A stretch of 64,000 nt of DNA from an uncultured Alphaproteobacteria bacterium (GTDB lineage: Bacteria > Pseudomonadota > Alphaproteobacteria > JAJFIK01). Both the position numbers and the translations under genes were made by a program. Below, one piece after another: positions 29,779-39,929 of the stretch (position 1 is its first letter; every line of letters starts with the position of its first letter). Under the pieces are notes generated by a model, which saw only the letters and a list, made by a program, of their open reading frames with translations, searched no databases and was not told the origin of the DNA. The stretch spans positions 1,861 through 65,860 of the forward strand of contig CAZFWG010000015.1 of assembly GCA_964522525.1 (NCBI GenBank). The letters run 5' to 3'.

Positions 29779-30492
29779 TCATCCCCCTGCCGCAGTTGTG
29801 GCTGATTCGCCGCCAAAGCGCTCGCCTGTGAAGTCAAGAACCGAACAGGCCCAATTTTCCGCAATAAGTGTCACGCAGACGGCATCGGCGGCCCGCCGTG
29901 TGGCGAAGGGGCCTGCCTTAAGGCGGTAGAAGGTTCCCTTGCCGGGCAACTCGACCCGCGCCAGCACCGGCGTCAGTTCCCCCAACAGCCGCGGCTGCTT
30001 CTGGACAAGGTCGCGCCAGCTAATTTTCGCCAGGTTTCGATCCCGATAGGAGGCCAGGTGCACGGCGAACACGCGGCCGGGCAGCAATTTTTCGGCCGTG
30101 CCGGCTGGCTCCGGGGCTTTCACGTTGGGTTGCTGCGGGGATGCCGTGGTCTCGACGGCGGGCCGGGCCGTTTGCGCGGGTTTGGCTGCGCTGGCTGTGT
30201 CTGTCTTCGTCGCTGTTGCCAGGAGCCCCTGAAGCGCCGGTTCGATCCGGGAGAGGGCGATGCGGAGGCCCGCCACGTCCTCTTCCAACTGATCAAGCCG
30301 CGTCTCCAGCGCCGGCCCGGTCTCGGATTGCCCGCCCTCATCCGGAACGATTGTTTCCGTTTCGGGAGCGGGCGCCGCCAGCTCGGGCGGCGCGATGATT
30401 TCTGGCGGCGCGGACGTCCCCAGGCGCCAGGGGATCGTCGAACAGGCGCCGAGAAACAGACACGACAGGACAAGCCACGGCAGGGGCCTCAT
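29779..30492 (-). CDS. SPOR domain-containing lipoprotein
   Basis: From MRPLPWLVLSCLFLGAC (lipobox). Pro/Ala/Thr-rich linker. C-terminal SPOR-like VFAVHLASYRDRNLAKISWRDL...GTFYRLKAGPFATRRAADAVC. Confidence 0.65.
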   Translation of the reverse strand: MRPLPWLVLSCLFLGACSTIPWRLGTSAPPEIIAPPELAAPAPETETIVPDEGGQSETGPALETRLDQLEEDVAGLRIALSRIEPALQGLLATATKTDTASAAKPAQTARPAVETTASPQQPNVKAPEPAGTAEKLLPGRVFAVHLASYRDRNLAKISWRDLVQKQPRLLGELTPVLARVELPGKGTFYRLKAGPFATRRAADAVCVTLIAENWACSVLDFTGERFGGESATTAAGG

Positions 30493-30683
30493 GGCGTCAC
30501 GGGGGCGACAAGGCCCAGGCGCGCGGGACGTCGGAGCGCTGAATATGTAAGCGGGGGACACAGGCGGCGACCTCGAGAGCAACCAGGGGTCAGGGGCGGG
30601 AGAGTGCGCATCAGCCCACTCCCCAATCCCTGCCGGCTATCTGAATTGTCTCAACAAAGTCTTGCCAAAGGGCAAAGGCGCGG

Positions 30684-31310
30684 TCAGCCCTCGGCCGGCC
30701 AATCCCTTCCGAATTTCGGCTTCGGGGTCAAAAAAGGCGAGGCCAACCCCCGATCCATGAAATGCCGGGCAGCGGTCCGGATGGAGCGGCAGTCGTAAAG
30801 GGCGTCATGGGCCCGGCCGGCAACGGGCGGGGCGAGGCCCAGATGATCAATCAAGAGACCGCAATTGACGTTCTGCACGGGCACACCGGCATCGGCGAAG
30901 AAATGGTGGAGATTGGTGGTCATCAGCCGGTCGAACCGGTCGTTCAGATCATAAAGGCCAACATTCTCCGCGATCACCACTTCGTCCCAGCCATAGCAGA
31001 ACAGAGGGCGATCACCGGCAAAGGCGAGGAAGTCCCCATGGGCCTCCTCGAAAGGGAGGCCGTCACGCTCCAGCTCCTGTTGGCTGATGCCCGTCAGCCC
31101 GATGATGAAGTCCGACAGAATGGGGTTGATCCGGGGGCAGACCAGGCGACTGAAGCTGTCGAGTTCGGTGGCGGTTGCGGCGTCGATCCTGAGCGCGCCG
31201 ATCTGAATGATCTCGCGGTGTTCACCGGGCGCGCTCCAGCGACGGGCCTGGGAGCCCTCCCAGGCGGTGAACTCCAGATCGAAAATGATGGCTTCTTGGC
31301 TGAGTGACAT
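30684..31310 (-). CDS. 3'-5' exonuclease, DEDD (DnaQ-like) family, stand-alone
   Basis: From MSLSQEAIIFDLEFT (Exo I D-x-E), IIQIGALRID, HDALYDCRS (Exo III H/D). About 208 aa. Confidence 0.65.
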   Translation of the reverse strand: MSLSQEAIIFDLEFTAWEGSQARRWSAPGEHREIIQIGALRIDAATATELDSFSRLVCPRINPILSDFIIGLTGISQQELERDGLPFEEAHGDFLAFAGDRPLFCYGWDEVVIAENVGLYDLNDRFDRLMTTNLHHFFADAGVPVQNVNCGLLIDHLGLAPPVAGRAHDALYDCRSIRTAARHFMDRGLASPFLTPKPKFGRDWPAEG

Positions 31311-31418
31311 GTGAAGGGTCCGGGCCGGTCGGTTTAAGGTTCTGTTAACCCTTGGCGGGCGTCCTGTCGAGCATGGGCGTGGCTTTCCCGTGCACCGGAC
31401 AGGATCCCGCCTGACTCG

Positions 31419-32120
31419 GTGCCGGGAGGCAAAGCTCAATGTTCGCACAGGGGTCTCATGGCAAGCGTGGAGCACGGTAACCCGTCAACGGGTGACGCAG
31501 GCACCGAGACGGGCGTCGGTCCCGCGTGGCGTGGGCCGGTGCCGGCCATGGCCTATGCGCCGTTGATCATGAGTGCGCGTTTTTCCTCCGGCATCCTGAT
31601 TGTCGGGCTCTGTGGTTGGGCGGCCGCCGTGTGGTTGGGCGTCACCATTGGACCCGCCTGGAGTCTTGGTTGGGCTGGGATCATTGCCCTGATCTTCATG
31701 GCCATGATGGTTCTGGGGCGCCGCTCCACCGAGGACGGCGGGTCGATCCTCGCCATCCTGTGGACATGGCGGGCGCGCCATCGTTGGCTCACGCTCCTGT
31801 TGGGCCTTGGCTGGGGGGCCGGGGCCGTGCTGGTGGCGCCGGCTTTGGCGCCGGGAGACGCCACGGTCTTTCTCCTTGTCTTGACGATCACGGCAGGCGC
31901 CATGACCTTGTTCGCGGTCGGCGACCGGGCACAGATCGCGGCGCTTTCGGCGCCCACGCTCGTCGCCGCGAGCCTCGTTCAACTCTTCGGCAAGGAGGGC
32001 CTCGCGCCGGTCTTCCTGATCCTGGTTTTGGGGCTCGCCCCTTTGACCTTGGCCTTGGGCGCGACGCTCCTTTGCGAGACGGCGGCGCGGGAAAGCCTCA
32101 AGCGGAACCGCCCGGCCTAG
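31419..32120 (+). CDS. Hypothetical integral membrane protein; start uncertain, alternatives at 31458 and 31548
   Basis: ORF with 5-6 hydrophobic helices rich in Gly/Ala/Leu/Trp. No recognisable family. Codon usage consistent with the genome. Confidence 0.4.
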   Translation: MPGGKAQCSHRGLMASVEHGNPSTGDAGTETGVGPAWRGPVPAMAYAPLIMSARFSSGILIVGLCGWAAAVWLGVTIGPAWSLGWAGIIALIFMAMMVLGRRSTEDGGSILAILWTWRARHRWLTLLLGLGWGAGAVLVAPALAPGDATVFLLVLTITAGAMTLFAVGDRAQIAALSAPTLVAASLVQLFGKEGLAPVFLILVLGLAPLTLALGATLLCETAARESLKRNRPA

Positions 32121-32301
32121 ACAACGTGCTCTGCCTGGGATCCAGGGCCCCGGCGCCTCGGGGCGGGCGGCCGTTTTCCCGTTCACAAATCGGACAGCGC
32201 TGTGTGTTAACGATAAGCTGTGCAAAACCCGAAGGGAGGGTTGCTGGCGGGCCGACCATGCCAAGATCATGGCCCCGCAAGGCGTGGAAGGGGTGGCCGA
32301 T

Positions 32302-35300
32302 ATGGCGACAGAGGACAGCGGTTTCAGCGAAATCCGGTCGGGCGTCACACAGGCAAGTGCCGACCAACCGCCGGGCAATGATCTTGCGTCCCGGACGGAA
32401 ATGCTCTCGGCACAGCTTGCCAGCCAGCAGACTTCCCATGATTTCGCGAAATTCGTCCGGATCCTCTATGAGCGCGCCGATGGCGATGACCTCGCGGCCT
32501 ATGACACGGACACCTTGCTGGGCATCGCCCGCTCGATCTTCGATCTGATGGAGCGTCGCCGCCCGACGGAGCGCATCGTTCGCGTGTTCAATCCCGATCG
32601 GGCGCGCGATCATTTCAACGGGGTGTGCACCGTGATGCAGGTCATCACGGATGATATGCCCTTCATCATCGATTCCGTGCTCGGCGAATTGAGCGCCCTC
32701 GATCTGCCGATCCGGCGGATCCTCCATCCCATCTTGGAAACGAGACGCACGACCGACGGCCAGCGTCTCCATGTCGAAGGCGCCGCCATGGTGCAGCCGG
32801 GCAGCCCCGCCGAGAGGCTCGCCCGGGATCAGGGCTTCACGCGGGAATCCGTCCTCCATGTGGAGTTCGACCGCCAGGCCGATCCGCTGATGCACCGGCA
32901 GATCGAGCGGGAGATCAACGCGGTTTTGGGTGAGGTCTCCGTCGTCGTTCACGATTGGCGCCAGATGCTCGACGGTCTGGAACAGGCGATCCACGATCTG
33001 CGGACCCATGCGCCGTTCCAGTCCGGCCAATTGGAAAAGGGGGAGTTCGAGGAAACCCTCGGCTTTCTCAAATGGCTGCTCGACGAGAATTTCGCCTTTC
33101 TCGGCATGCGCGATTACGAAATCGTCGGCGATCTGGAAGAAGGGGAACTGGTGCCCCGCCAGGACACGGGCCTCGGCCTGTTGCGCGATCCCAATGCCCG
33201 GGTGCTGCGTCGGCGCGGCCAACTCGTGGTCATGACACCGGAAGTGCGGGACTTCCTGCGCCAGCCCGTGCCGATCATCGTCTCCAAGGCCAATGTGCGC
33301 TCCCGCGTCCACCGGCGCGTCTACATGGACTATATCGGCATCAAACGCTATGGGCCGGGCGGTCAGGTGATCGGCGAACGGCGCCTCGTCGGTCTGTTCA
33401 CCGCCGTGGCCTATAACCGCTCGACGCGTGAGATTCCGCTCCTGTCGCGCAAAGTGGCCCTGGTCCTTGAAAAGGCCCGGTTGCCCATGAACGCCCATGA
33501 CGAGCGGGCCCTGATCAATATCCTTGAGACCTTCCCCCGGGACGAGCTGTTCCAGGCCTCGGTCGAGGAAATTCTCGACTCGGCAATCGGCGTCCTGCGC
33601 CTTCAAAAAAGGCCCCACACGAAGATTTTCGTGCGCCATGACCGGTTCGACCGCTTCGTGGCCGCCCTCGTCTATGTGCTCCGCGACAAATATGACACGA
33701 ACCTGCGTGTGCGGATCGGCGAACTCCTGGCCCGCCGCTTCGAGGGTCAGGTTCAGTCTTTCTATCCCTCCTTCGGTGACGGCCCCATGGCCCGGGTCTA
33801 TTTCATCATTTCCCGGAATGTTGGGGAAATGCCGGATGTGGATTTGAAGGAAATCGAGGCTCGGATCGATGCCTTCACGCGGGACTGGGCTGAGGATCTG
33901 CGCGTTGCCTTGACCAAGGTGAACGGGCCCGTGCGTGGCCGCGAGCTGGGTGCACGCTATTCCAATGGTTTTTCCGCCGGGTACCGGGATCATTTCGGCT
34001 GCGCGGACGCGACGAATGACATCGACGTTATCGAGCGGCTGGGCGCCTATCCGGAAATCGGCCTGCGGACCTATCGCACCAAACTCGACTCCGATGCCGG
34101 TCTGCATCTGAAAATCTATCATTGGGATACGCCCATTCCGTTGAGCGATTGCATGCCCATTTTCGAGAATATGGGTTTGCGGGTCATCGAAGAAGTGCCG
34201 TATGCGGTCGAAGCGGCCCAGGACACGGGCCTGACCGAGGCCGGGGAGGACGCGGGCGGGCGCACGGTCTGGCTCCACGACTTCATCACGACCCACGCGT
34301 CCGAGGTGCCCATCGATCTTGAGGCCACGCGGGAAGTCTTTGAGGAAGCCTTCCGCGCGGTCTGGTTCGGCCATGCGGAGAATGACGGCTTCAATCGTCT
34401 TGTTGTCGAGCAGGCCATGCCCTGGCGCAGCGTCGTTGTCCTGCGCGCCCTGGCCCGGTTCCGCAAACAGACGGGTGTCGCGTTCAGCGAAAGCTATATC
34501 GTCACGGCCCTGAGTTCCCAGGGCGCGATTGCGCGCCTTCTTGTCGATCTCTTTTTGTGCCGCTTCGACCCGGATTTTGCCGGAACGCAGGAGGCGCGGG
34601 AAGGAAGACAGCTCGAGATCGAAGCGGCCATCGAAGAGGCGCTGGACAGCGTATCCTCCCTCGATGTCGACCGGATCATCCGATATTTCCTGAATCTGAT
34701 CAAATCGGCGCTGCGCACGAATTTCTTCCAAACGGAGAATGACCGTGCCAAGACCTATCTCTCGATCAAGTTTTCCAGCCGCGAGATCACGGATCTCCCG
34801 GAGCCGCGGCCCCGTTTCGAGATTTTTGTCTATTCTCCGCGCCTTGAAGGCGTCCATCTGCGTGGCGGGCCCGTGGCGCGGGGCGGTATCCGCTGGTCGG
34901 ACCGGCCGGAAGATTTCCGGGCGGAAATTCTGGGACTGGTCAAGGCCCAGCAGGTCAAGAATGCGGTCATCGTCCCGGTGGGGGCGAAGGGCGGGTTCGT
35001 GCCCAAGAACCTGCCAGCCGCAGGCGCTTCCCGCGATGCGATCATGGAAGAGGCGATCGCGTGCTATCGTCTGTTCATTTCAGGTCTCCTCGATCTCACG
35101 GACAATCTGGGCGATGCGGGGGTGATCCCGGCCCAGAGGGTCATCGCCTATGACGGCCACGATCCTTATCTGGTGGTGGCTGCCGACAAGGGCACGGCGA
35201 CATTCTCCGACATTGCCAATGACATGGCGGAAGGGCTGGGCTTCTGGCTCGGCGATGCCTTCGCTTCCGGGGGACGGACCGGCTACGACCACAAGAAGAT

Positions 35301-37338
35301 GGGCATCACCGCCAAGGGGGCCTGGGAAGCCGTCAAGCGCCATTTCCGTGAACTGGGAACGGATATTCAGTCAACGCCCTTTACTGTTGTCGGTATCGGC
35401 GACATGTCCGGCGATGTCTTCGGCAATGGCATGTTGCTGTCGCGTCAGATCCGGCTCGTCGCGGCGTTCGATCACCGGGACATCTTCATCGACCCCGATC
35501 CGGATCCGGAAACATCCTATGGGGAACGCAAGCGGCTTTTCGATCTGCCGCGTTCGAGTTGGGACGACTACGACAAGACCCTCATTTCAAAGGGTGGGGG
35601 TGTCTTCAGCCGGCAGCGGAAATCCGTGCCCATTTCACCGGAAATCCAGGCGGCGCTGGGCATCACGGAGCGGGCCTTGACGCCCACGGATCTTATCCGG
35701 GCGATCTTACAGGCTTCGGTCGACCTGCTCTGGTTCGGCGGGATCGGCACCTATGTAAAGGCGGAAGGCGAAGCAAATTTCGAAGTCAGCGACCGGACCA
35801 ATGACGGCTTGCGGGTCGATGCCGCCACAGTGCGCGCCCGGGTCGTGGGCGAAGGCGCCAATCTCGGTTTCACTCAGAGGGGCCGCATCGAATACTGCCG
35901 TAAGGGCGGGCGGATCAACATGGATTCGGTGGATAATGCGGCCGGTGTTGATTGTTCTGACCACGAAGTGAATATCAAGGTTGCCCTGAACGCTGTGGTG
36001 GAGGCGGGAAATCTTGACCAGGAAAAGCGGAACCAGCTTCTCGAGGACATGACCGATGATGTGGCGCGTCTCGTCTTGCGCAACAACTATGACCAGACCC
36101 TGGCGCTGACCGTGGCCGAGGGCTGCAATCTGGAGGATTTCGATTCCCATGGACGCTTGATGCGGGTTCTCGAACAAGAGGCCGGTCTGGACCGGGAGGT
36201 TGAATTTCTTCCGCAGGAAGAGGCCGTGGATGAGATGAAGGAACAGGGCAAGGGGCTGACCCGTCCGGAGCTTGCCGTTCTCATGGCCTACACCAAGACC
36301 AATCTGTTCGACACGCTGCTGGCCAGTGATACACCGGATGATCCGTTCCTGGAACGTGATCTGATCGGGTATTTCCCCAAGGTTCTGGGCGAACGCTTCG
36401 CGCCGGCCCTGTGCGGCCATCGGCTGCGCCGGGAAATCATCGCGACCGTGCTGGCCAACGATATCGTCAATAAGGGCGGCCTTACACTGATCAACCGGGT
36501 CGAGGAGAGTATGGGGCTCGCCACGCCCGTGATTGCCAAGGCCTATGTCATCAGCCGGGAGGTCTTCGGTCTCGCGTCCCTCCAGGACCGGATCAACAGT
36601 CTGGATCTGCAGGTGCCGGCTCAAGTGCAGTTGCGCAGCCACCGTCTGGTGATGAATTTTCTCCGGCGCCAGGTTCCCTGGTTCCTGCGTTATCGGCCCA
36701 TGGAGCTACGGATCGGCGAGGCCGTGGAGGCCTATCGCGGTCCGATCCTCCGGCTGTCGAACAGCCTGGAGGCCATGTTGTCACCCTTCGAGATCGAGCA
36801 ACTGGAATATCGTCTTGATGCGGATCGGCGTGACGGTGTGGAAGATACGCTCGGACGCTCCCTGGCGCTTCTCGAGCCGCTTTCCTCCGCGACGGACATC
36901 ATCGATGTCGCCCGCTATTGGAATTGGACTCCGGAATCAACGGCCGTGGCCTATTTCGCCATCGGCGCCGCGCTTGATCTCGACCGGTTGCGGTTTGCTG
37001 CAAAAAATCTGTCATCGGATGAGCATTGGGAGCGTTTGGCCACCAAGCGCGCCGTCGAGGACCTGTTCCGCCAGCAGCGCTTCCTGACGGAAGCTGCGAT
37101 CGGCGAGGCCCTGGAGACAGGTCTGCGGGACGCCGATGGTCAAGCGGCGGTCGATATCTGGCTGCAGCGCAACGAGCGTGAGATCGGACGGATCAACGCC
37201 CTGATCAACGACATGGTTGCGGCGGGTCCGCTGACCGGGGCCAAGCTATCCCTCGCGGGCAGTCAGATCCGTGATTTGATGGCGGCCTTTTCAGGCAACC
37301 GGCGGGGCCTGGGCGAGACTGGCCTTCAAACCATTTAG
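32302..37338 (+). CDS. gdhB: NAD-specific glutamate dehydrogenase (large ~180 kDa GdhB type)
   Basis: Uninterrupted ORF of about 1,680 aa. Catalytic core resembles Bac_GDH (GGIRWSDRPEDFRAEILGLVKAQQVKNAVIVPVGAKGGF; GTATFSDIAN; YDHKKMGITAKGAWE). Ends at TAG 37336-37338. Confidence 0.9.
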   Translation: MATEDSGFSEIRSGVTQASADQPPGNDLASRTEMLSAQLASQQTSHDFAKFVRILYERADGDDLAAYDTDTLLGIARSIFDLMERRRPTERIVRVFNPDRARDHFNGVCTVMQVITDDMPFIIDSVLGELSALDLPIRRILHPILETRRTTDGQRLHVEGAAMVQPGSPAERLARDQGFTRESVLHVEFDRQADPLMHRQIEREINAVLGEVSVVVHDWRQMLDGLEQAIHDLRTHAPFQSGQLEKGEFEETLGFLKWLLDENFAFLGMRDYEIVGDLEEGELVPRQDTGLGLLRDPNARVLRRRGQLVVMTPEVRDFLRQPVPIIVSKANVRSRVHRRVYMDYIGIKRYGPGGQVIGERRLVGLFTAVAYNRSTREIPLLSRKVALVLEKARLPMNAHDERALINILETFPRDELFQASVEEILDSAIGVLRLQKRPHTKIFVRHDRFDRFVAALVYVLRDKYDTNLRVRIGELLARRFEGQVQSFYPSFGDGPMARVYFIISRNVGEMPDVDLKEIEARIDAFTRDWAEDLRVALTKVNGPVRGRELGARYSNGFSAGYRDHFGCADATNDIDVIERLGAYPEIGLRTYRTKLDSDAGLHLKIYHWDTPIPLSDCMPIFENMGLRVIEEVPYAVEAAQDTGLTEAGEDAGGRTVWLHDFITTHASEVPIDLEATREVFEEAFRAVWFGHAENDGFNRLVVEQAMPWRSVVVLRALARFRKQTGVAFSESYIVTALSSQGAIARLLVDLFLCRFDPDFAGTQEAREGRQLEIEAAIEEALDSVSSLDVDRIIRYFLNLIKSALRTNFFQTENDRAKTYLSIKFSSREITDLPEPRPRFEIFVYSPRLEGVHLRGGPVARGGIRWSDRPEDFRAEILGLVKAQQVKNAVIVPVGAKGGFVPKNLPAAGASRDAIMEEAIACYRLFISGLLDLTDNLGDAGVIPAQRVIAYDGHDPYLVVAADKGTATFSDIANDMAEGLGFWLGDAFASGGRTGYDHKKMGITAKGAWEAVKRHFRELGTDIQSTPFTVVGIGDMSGDVFGNGMLLSRQIRLVAAFDHRDIFIDPDPDPETSYGERKRLFDLPRSSWDDYDKTLISKGGGVFSRQRKSVPISPEIQAALGITERALTPTDLIRAILQASVDLLWFGGIGTYVKAEGEANFEVSDRTNDGLRVDAATVRARVVGEGANLGFTQRGRIEYCRKGGRINMDSVDNAAGVDCSDHEVNIKVALNAVVEAGNLDQEKRNQLLEDMTDDVARLVLRNNYDQTLALTVAEGCNLEDFDSHGRLMRVLEQEAGLDREVEFLPQEEAVDEMKEQGKGLTRPELAVLMAYTKTNLFDTLLASDTPDDPFLERDLIGYFPKVLGERFAPALCGHRLRREIIATVLANDIVNKGGLTLINRVEESMGLATPVIAKAYVISREVFGLASLQDRINSLDLQVPAQVQLRSHRLVMNFLRRQVPWFLRYRPMELRIGEAVEAYRGPILRLSNSLEAMLSPFEIEQLEYRLDADRRDGVEDTLGRSLALLEPLSSATDIIDVARYWNWTPESTAVAYFAIGAALDLDRLRFAAKNLSSDEHWERLATKRAVEDLFRQQRFLTEAAIGEALETGLRDADGQAAVDIWLQRNEREIGRINALINDMVAAGPLTGAKLSLAGSQIRDLMAAFSGNRRGLGETGLQTI

Positions 37339-38240
37339 GCTGGTGCTTCCAGCTCGTCCAAGGGCCAGGGCAGGCCGGTCTTCAGTGCACGAAGAAAGAG
37401 CCGCGTTTCGTCGATCGCCTGGGCCGTGAGATCCGGCCGGTAGTCGAACTCAAAGCCGGGCTCGAACTTGGTTTGGTCGAAGGCGTGATCGCCGTCGGGA
37501 AAGAGCTCGGCCTTGATGATCATGCCGCTGGCTTCCAGCCATTCCGCCGCCTGTTGGCAGGCCAGGGCCGAAACGACCCGATCTTTCTGGGGAATGAACA
37601 TGAGGGTTGCCGGCTGGTGGGTCCAGCCTTCCGCCCCGGTCAGGCTAAACGCCCCGCAATAGGGATAAAACAGGATCGTGCCGATGACGCCGTCGCGGAC
37701 CGTTGAGGACGCGGGAGGACGCAGACCCGTCGGTCCTTTCCGCTCCAGATCCATGGCCATCAAATCCATGATGGCCCAGGCGCCGTGCGATTGCCCAAAT
37801 AATACGACGCGCGATGGATCCGCATCGGGAATGTTCTCGATGAGATTGAGCGCGGCCACTACATCGCCGGCGCGTTCCCGGCCCCATAGTCGGCTGCCGG
37901 AACAAATCTCCCGCAAGGCGCGCTGGCGGCTGATGTTGCGGGCGGCAAAACCGTCAACGACGGCGCCGATGAAGCCTTCCTCCGCCGCGACTTGGGCCCA
38001 CGATGTGTGGTGTTCCCGGACCCCGCCACAGCCCGAAAAGATCGCCACGACAGGAAAAGGGCCAGTGCCTTCCGGCCGCATGACGCTGACATGGGGTTCG
38101 AGCGCCTCGACCCACGTCGTGACCGAACGCTTGGTGACGATCCATCCTGTGGCATGGCCATGGAGGACAAGGGCGGTGCCCGTCACCATGAGGGCGATGA
38201 CCGCCAGGCCCGCAATCATGAACCAGCGAAGGATGCGCAT
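37335..38240 (-). CDS. Dienelactone hydrolase family alpha/beta hydrolase, membrane-anchored
   Basis: 301 aa with N-terminal TM anchor. GQSHGAW nucleophile elbow. PDGDHAFD His region. Its stop overlaps the gdhB stop by 4 nt (convergent). Confidence 0.7.
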   Translation of the reverse strand: MRILRWFMIAGLAVIALMVTGTALVLHGHATGWIVTKRSVTTWVEALEPHVSVMRPEGTGPFPVVAIFSGCGGVREHHTSWAQVAAEEGFIGAVVDGFAARNISRQRALREICSGSRLWGRERAGDVVAALNLIENIPDADPSRVVLFGQSHGAWAIMDLMAMDLERKGPTGLRPPASSTVRDGVIGTILFYPYCGAFSLTGAEGWTHQPATLMFIPQKDRVVSALACQQAAEWLEASGMIIKAELFPDGDHAFDQTKFEPGFEFDYRPDLTAQAIDETRLFLRALKTGLPWPLDELEAPA

Positions 38241-38267
38241 CCCCGTTTTCCCTCCCGTGCCGCGCGG

Positions 38268-39851
38268 TCAGTGGCGGAAATGGCGCAGGCCCGTGAAGAC
38301 CATGGCCACGCCCGCCTCGTTTGCCGCCGCGATGACCTCATCGTCCCGCATGGAGCCGCCCGGCTGAATGACCGCCGTCGCACCCGCCTCGACCGCGGCT
38401 AGCATACCATCGGGAAAGGGAAAAAACGCATCGGATGCCACGACGGAGCCCTTGGTGAGCGGTGCCGGAAGACCGGCGGCCTCGGCCGCGTCCTGGGCCT
38501 TGCGCGCCGCGATCCGCGAGGAATCGAGCCGGCTCATCTGGCCGGCGCCGATGCCGACGGTCGCGCCCGCCTTGGCATAGACGATGGCGTTGGACTTGAC
38601 GTGTTTGGCGACCCGGAAGGCGAACACCATGTCGATCGCCTCCTGGGCGCTGGGCGTGCGTTCTGTGACCACGTTCCAGTCCTGGGCCGTGACCCGGCCC
38701 GTATCGCGGGACTGGACCAGAAAGCCGCCCGCCAGGGTCTTGATCTGATGTCCGGCCGCAACGGGGTCGGGAAGTCCGCCCGTCAGAAGAACGCGCAGGT
38801 TCTTTTTGGCGCCCAGAACGGCGAGGGCTTCTTCATCCGCTTCCGGTGCAATGATCACTTCCGTGAAGATGCTGGAGATCGCCTCCGCCGTCTCCCGGTC
38901 AAGGCGCGTGTTGAGCGCAATGATGCCGCCGAAGGCGCTCACCGGATCACACGCCAGGGCCCGTTCATAAGCGACGCGCGCGGAGGATGCCGTGGCGACG
39001 CCGCAAGGATTCGCGTGCTTGATGATGGCCACGGCCGGCCCCTCGGAGGGATCGAACTCCGCCACGAGTTCAAAGGCCGCATCCGTGTCGTTGAGATTGT
39101 TGTAGCTCAGCGCCTTGCCTTGGATCTGGCGTGCCGTGGCGATGCCCGGACGATGCTCCCCCGTCGTGTAGAACGCGGCCGTTTGATGGGGATTTTCGCC
39201 ATAGCGCAGGGTCTGGGCCAGGCGTCCGGCCAGGGAGCGATGGGCGGGGGCGGCTTCGCCGATCTGCCCGGCGAACCAGGTGCCAATGGCACTGTCATAG
39301 CTGGCCGTGCGGGCGAACGCCTTGGCCGCCAGGGCGCGGCGCAGATCCGCCGTCAGCCCCCCGTCCTTTTCAAGGGCGTCAAGGACACGGTCATAATCAT
39401 CCGGATCCACCACGACCCCGACATGGGCATGGTTCTTGGCCGCCGAGCGGATCATGGCCGGGCCGCCGATGTCGATATTCTCGATCACGGTGTCGAAATC
39501 ACCGCCACCCGCCACCGTTTCCTCGAACGGATAGAGGTTCACGACCAGAAGATCGATGCCGCCGATCCCATGGGTTTCCATGGCCGTTTGGTGGTCGGGC
39601 TTGTCGCGCACCGCCAGCAGGCCCCCGTGGATCATCGGGTGCAGGGTCTTGACCCGGCCGTCCATAATTTACGGAAAACCCGTCACGTCCGACCCCACGC
39701 GCACCGCGAGCCCGGCCTAGGCCAGGGTCCGTGCCGACCCGCCGGTCGAGACCAACTCGACGCCGGCGGCGCTCAGTCTCTGGCAAAGCTCGACCAGGCC
39801 CGTCTTGTCCGACACGGACAAAAGAGCCCGTTTGATCCGTATGGTGGACAT
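38268..39851 (-). pseudogene. purH: purH, interrupted by two in-frame stop codons near the 5' end
   Basis: Minus-strand frame reads [44 protein letters not shown][TAG]AGLAVRVGSDVTGFP[TAA][16 protein letters not shown]... and then 465 aa of intact AICAR transformylase domain to TGA at 38268. The TAG is at plus-strand 39717-39719 and the TAA at 39669-39671, each where PurH proteins as I recall them have Glu (..LAEAG.., ..GFPEMMDGR..). Elsewhere in the window TAG and TAA act as ordinary stops (TAG in gdhB and the first histidine kinase; TAA for the dienelactone hydrolase). Confidence 0.7.
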
Positions 39852-39929
39852 TGCTGTCTCTCCTCGTCTCGCGTGATGGCACCGACTGGCCTTGGCGGCG
39901 GTTCATAGGCTGCGCTCAAGAAGCCCTTG

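Noticed and set aside
32098-34857. 919-aa minus-strand ORF inside gdhB
   Set aside because: Antisense to the intact 1,680-aa NAD-GDH. No recognisable domains. The same applies to other long antisense ORFs (7560-8963, 8816-9982, 10054-11100, 12268-13692, 14793-15896, 16173-17093, 17156-18505, 21777-22778, 22600-23646, 23495-24787, 25087-26508, 27521-28840, 35707-36642, 39927-41957, 48202-48960, 49072-50025, 52243-53082, 53958-54854, 58824-59810, 62126-63892).
38268-39665. Treating purH as an intact 465-aa gene starting at the internal ATG (as the ORF track suggests)
   Set aside because: The 60 codons upstream in the same frame encode the unmistakable PurH N-terminus ([14 protein letters not shown]...VSTGG...DVTGFP) broken only by the two stops. 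The 465-aa ORF is therefore the 3' portion of a disrupted gene and not a complete one.
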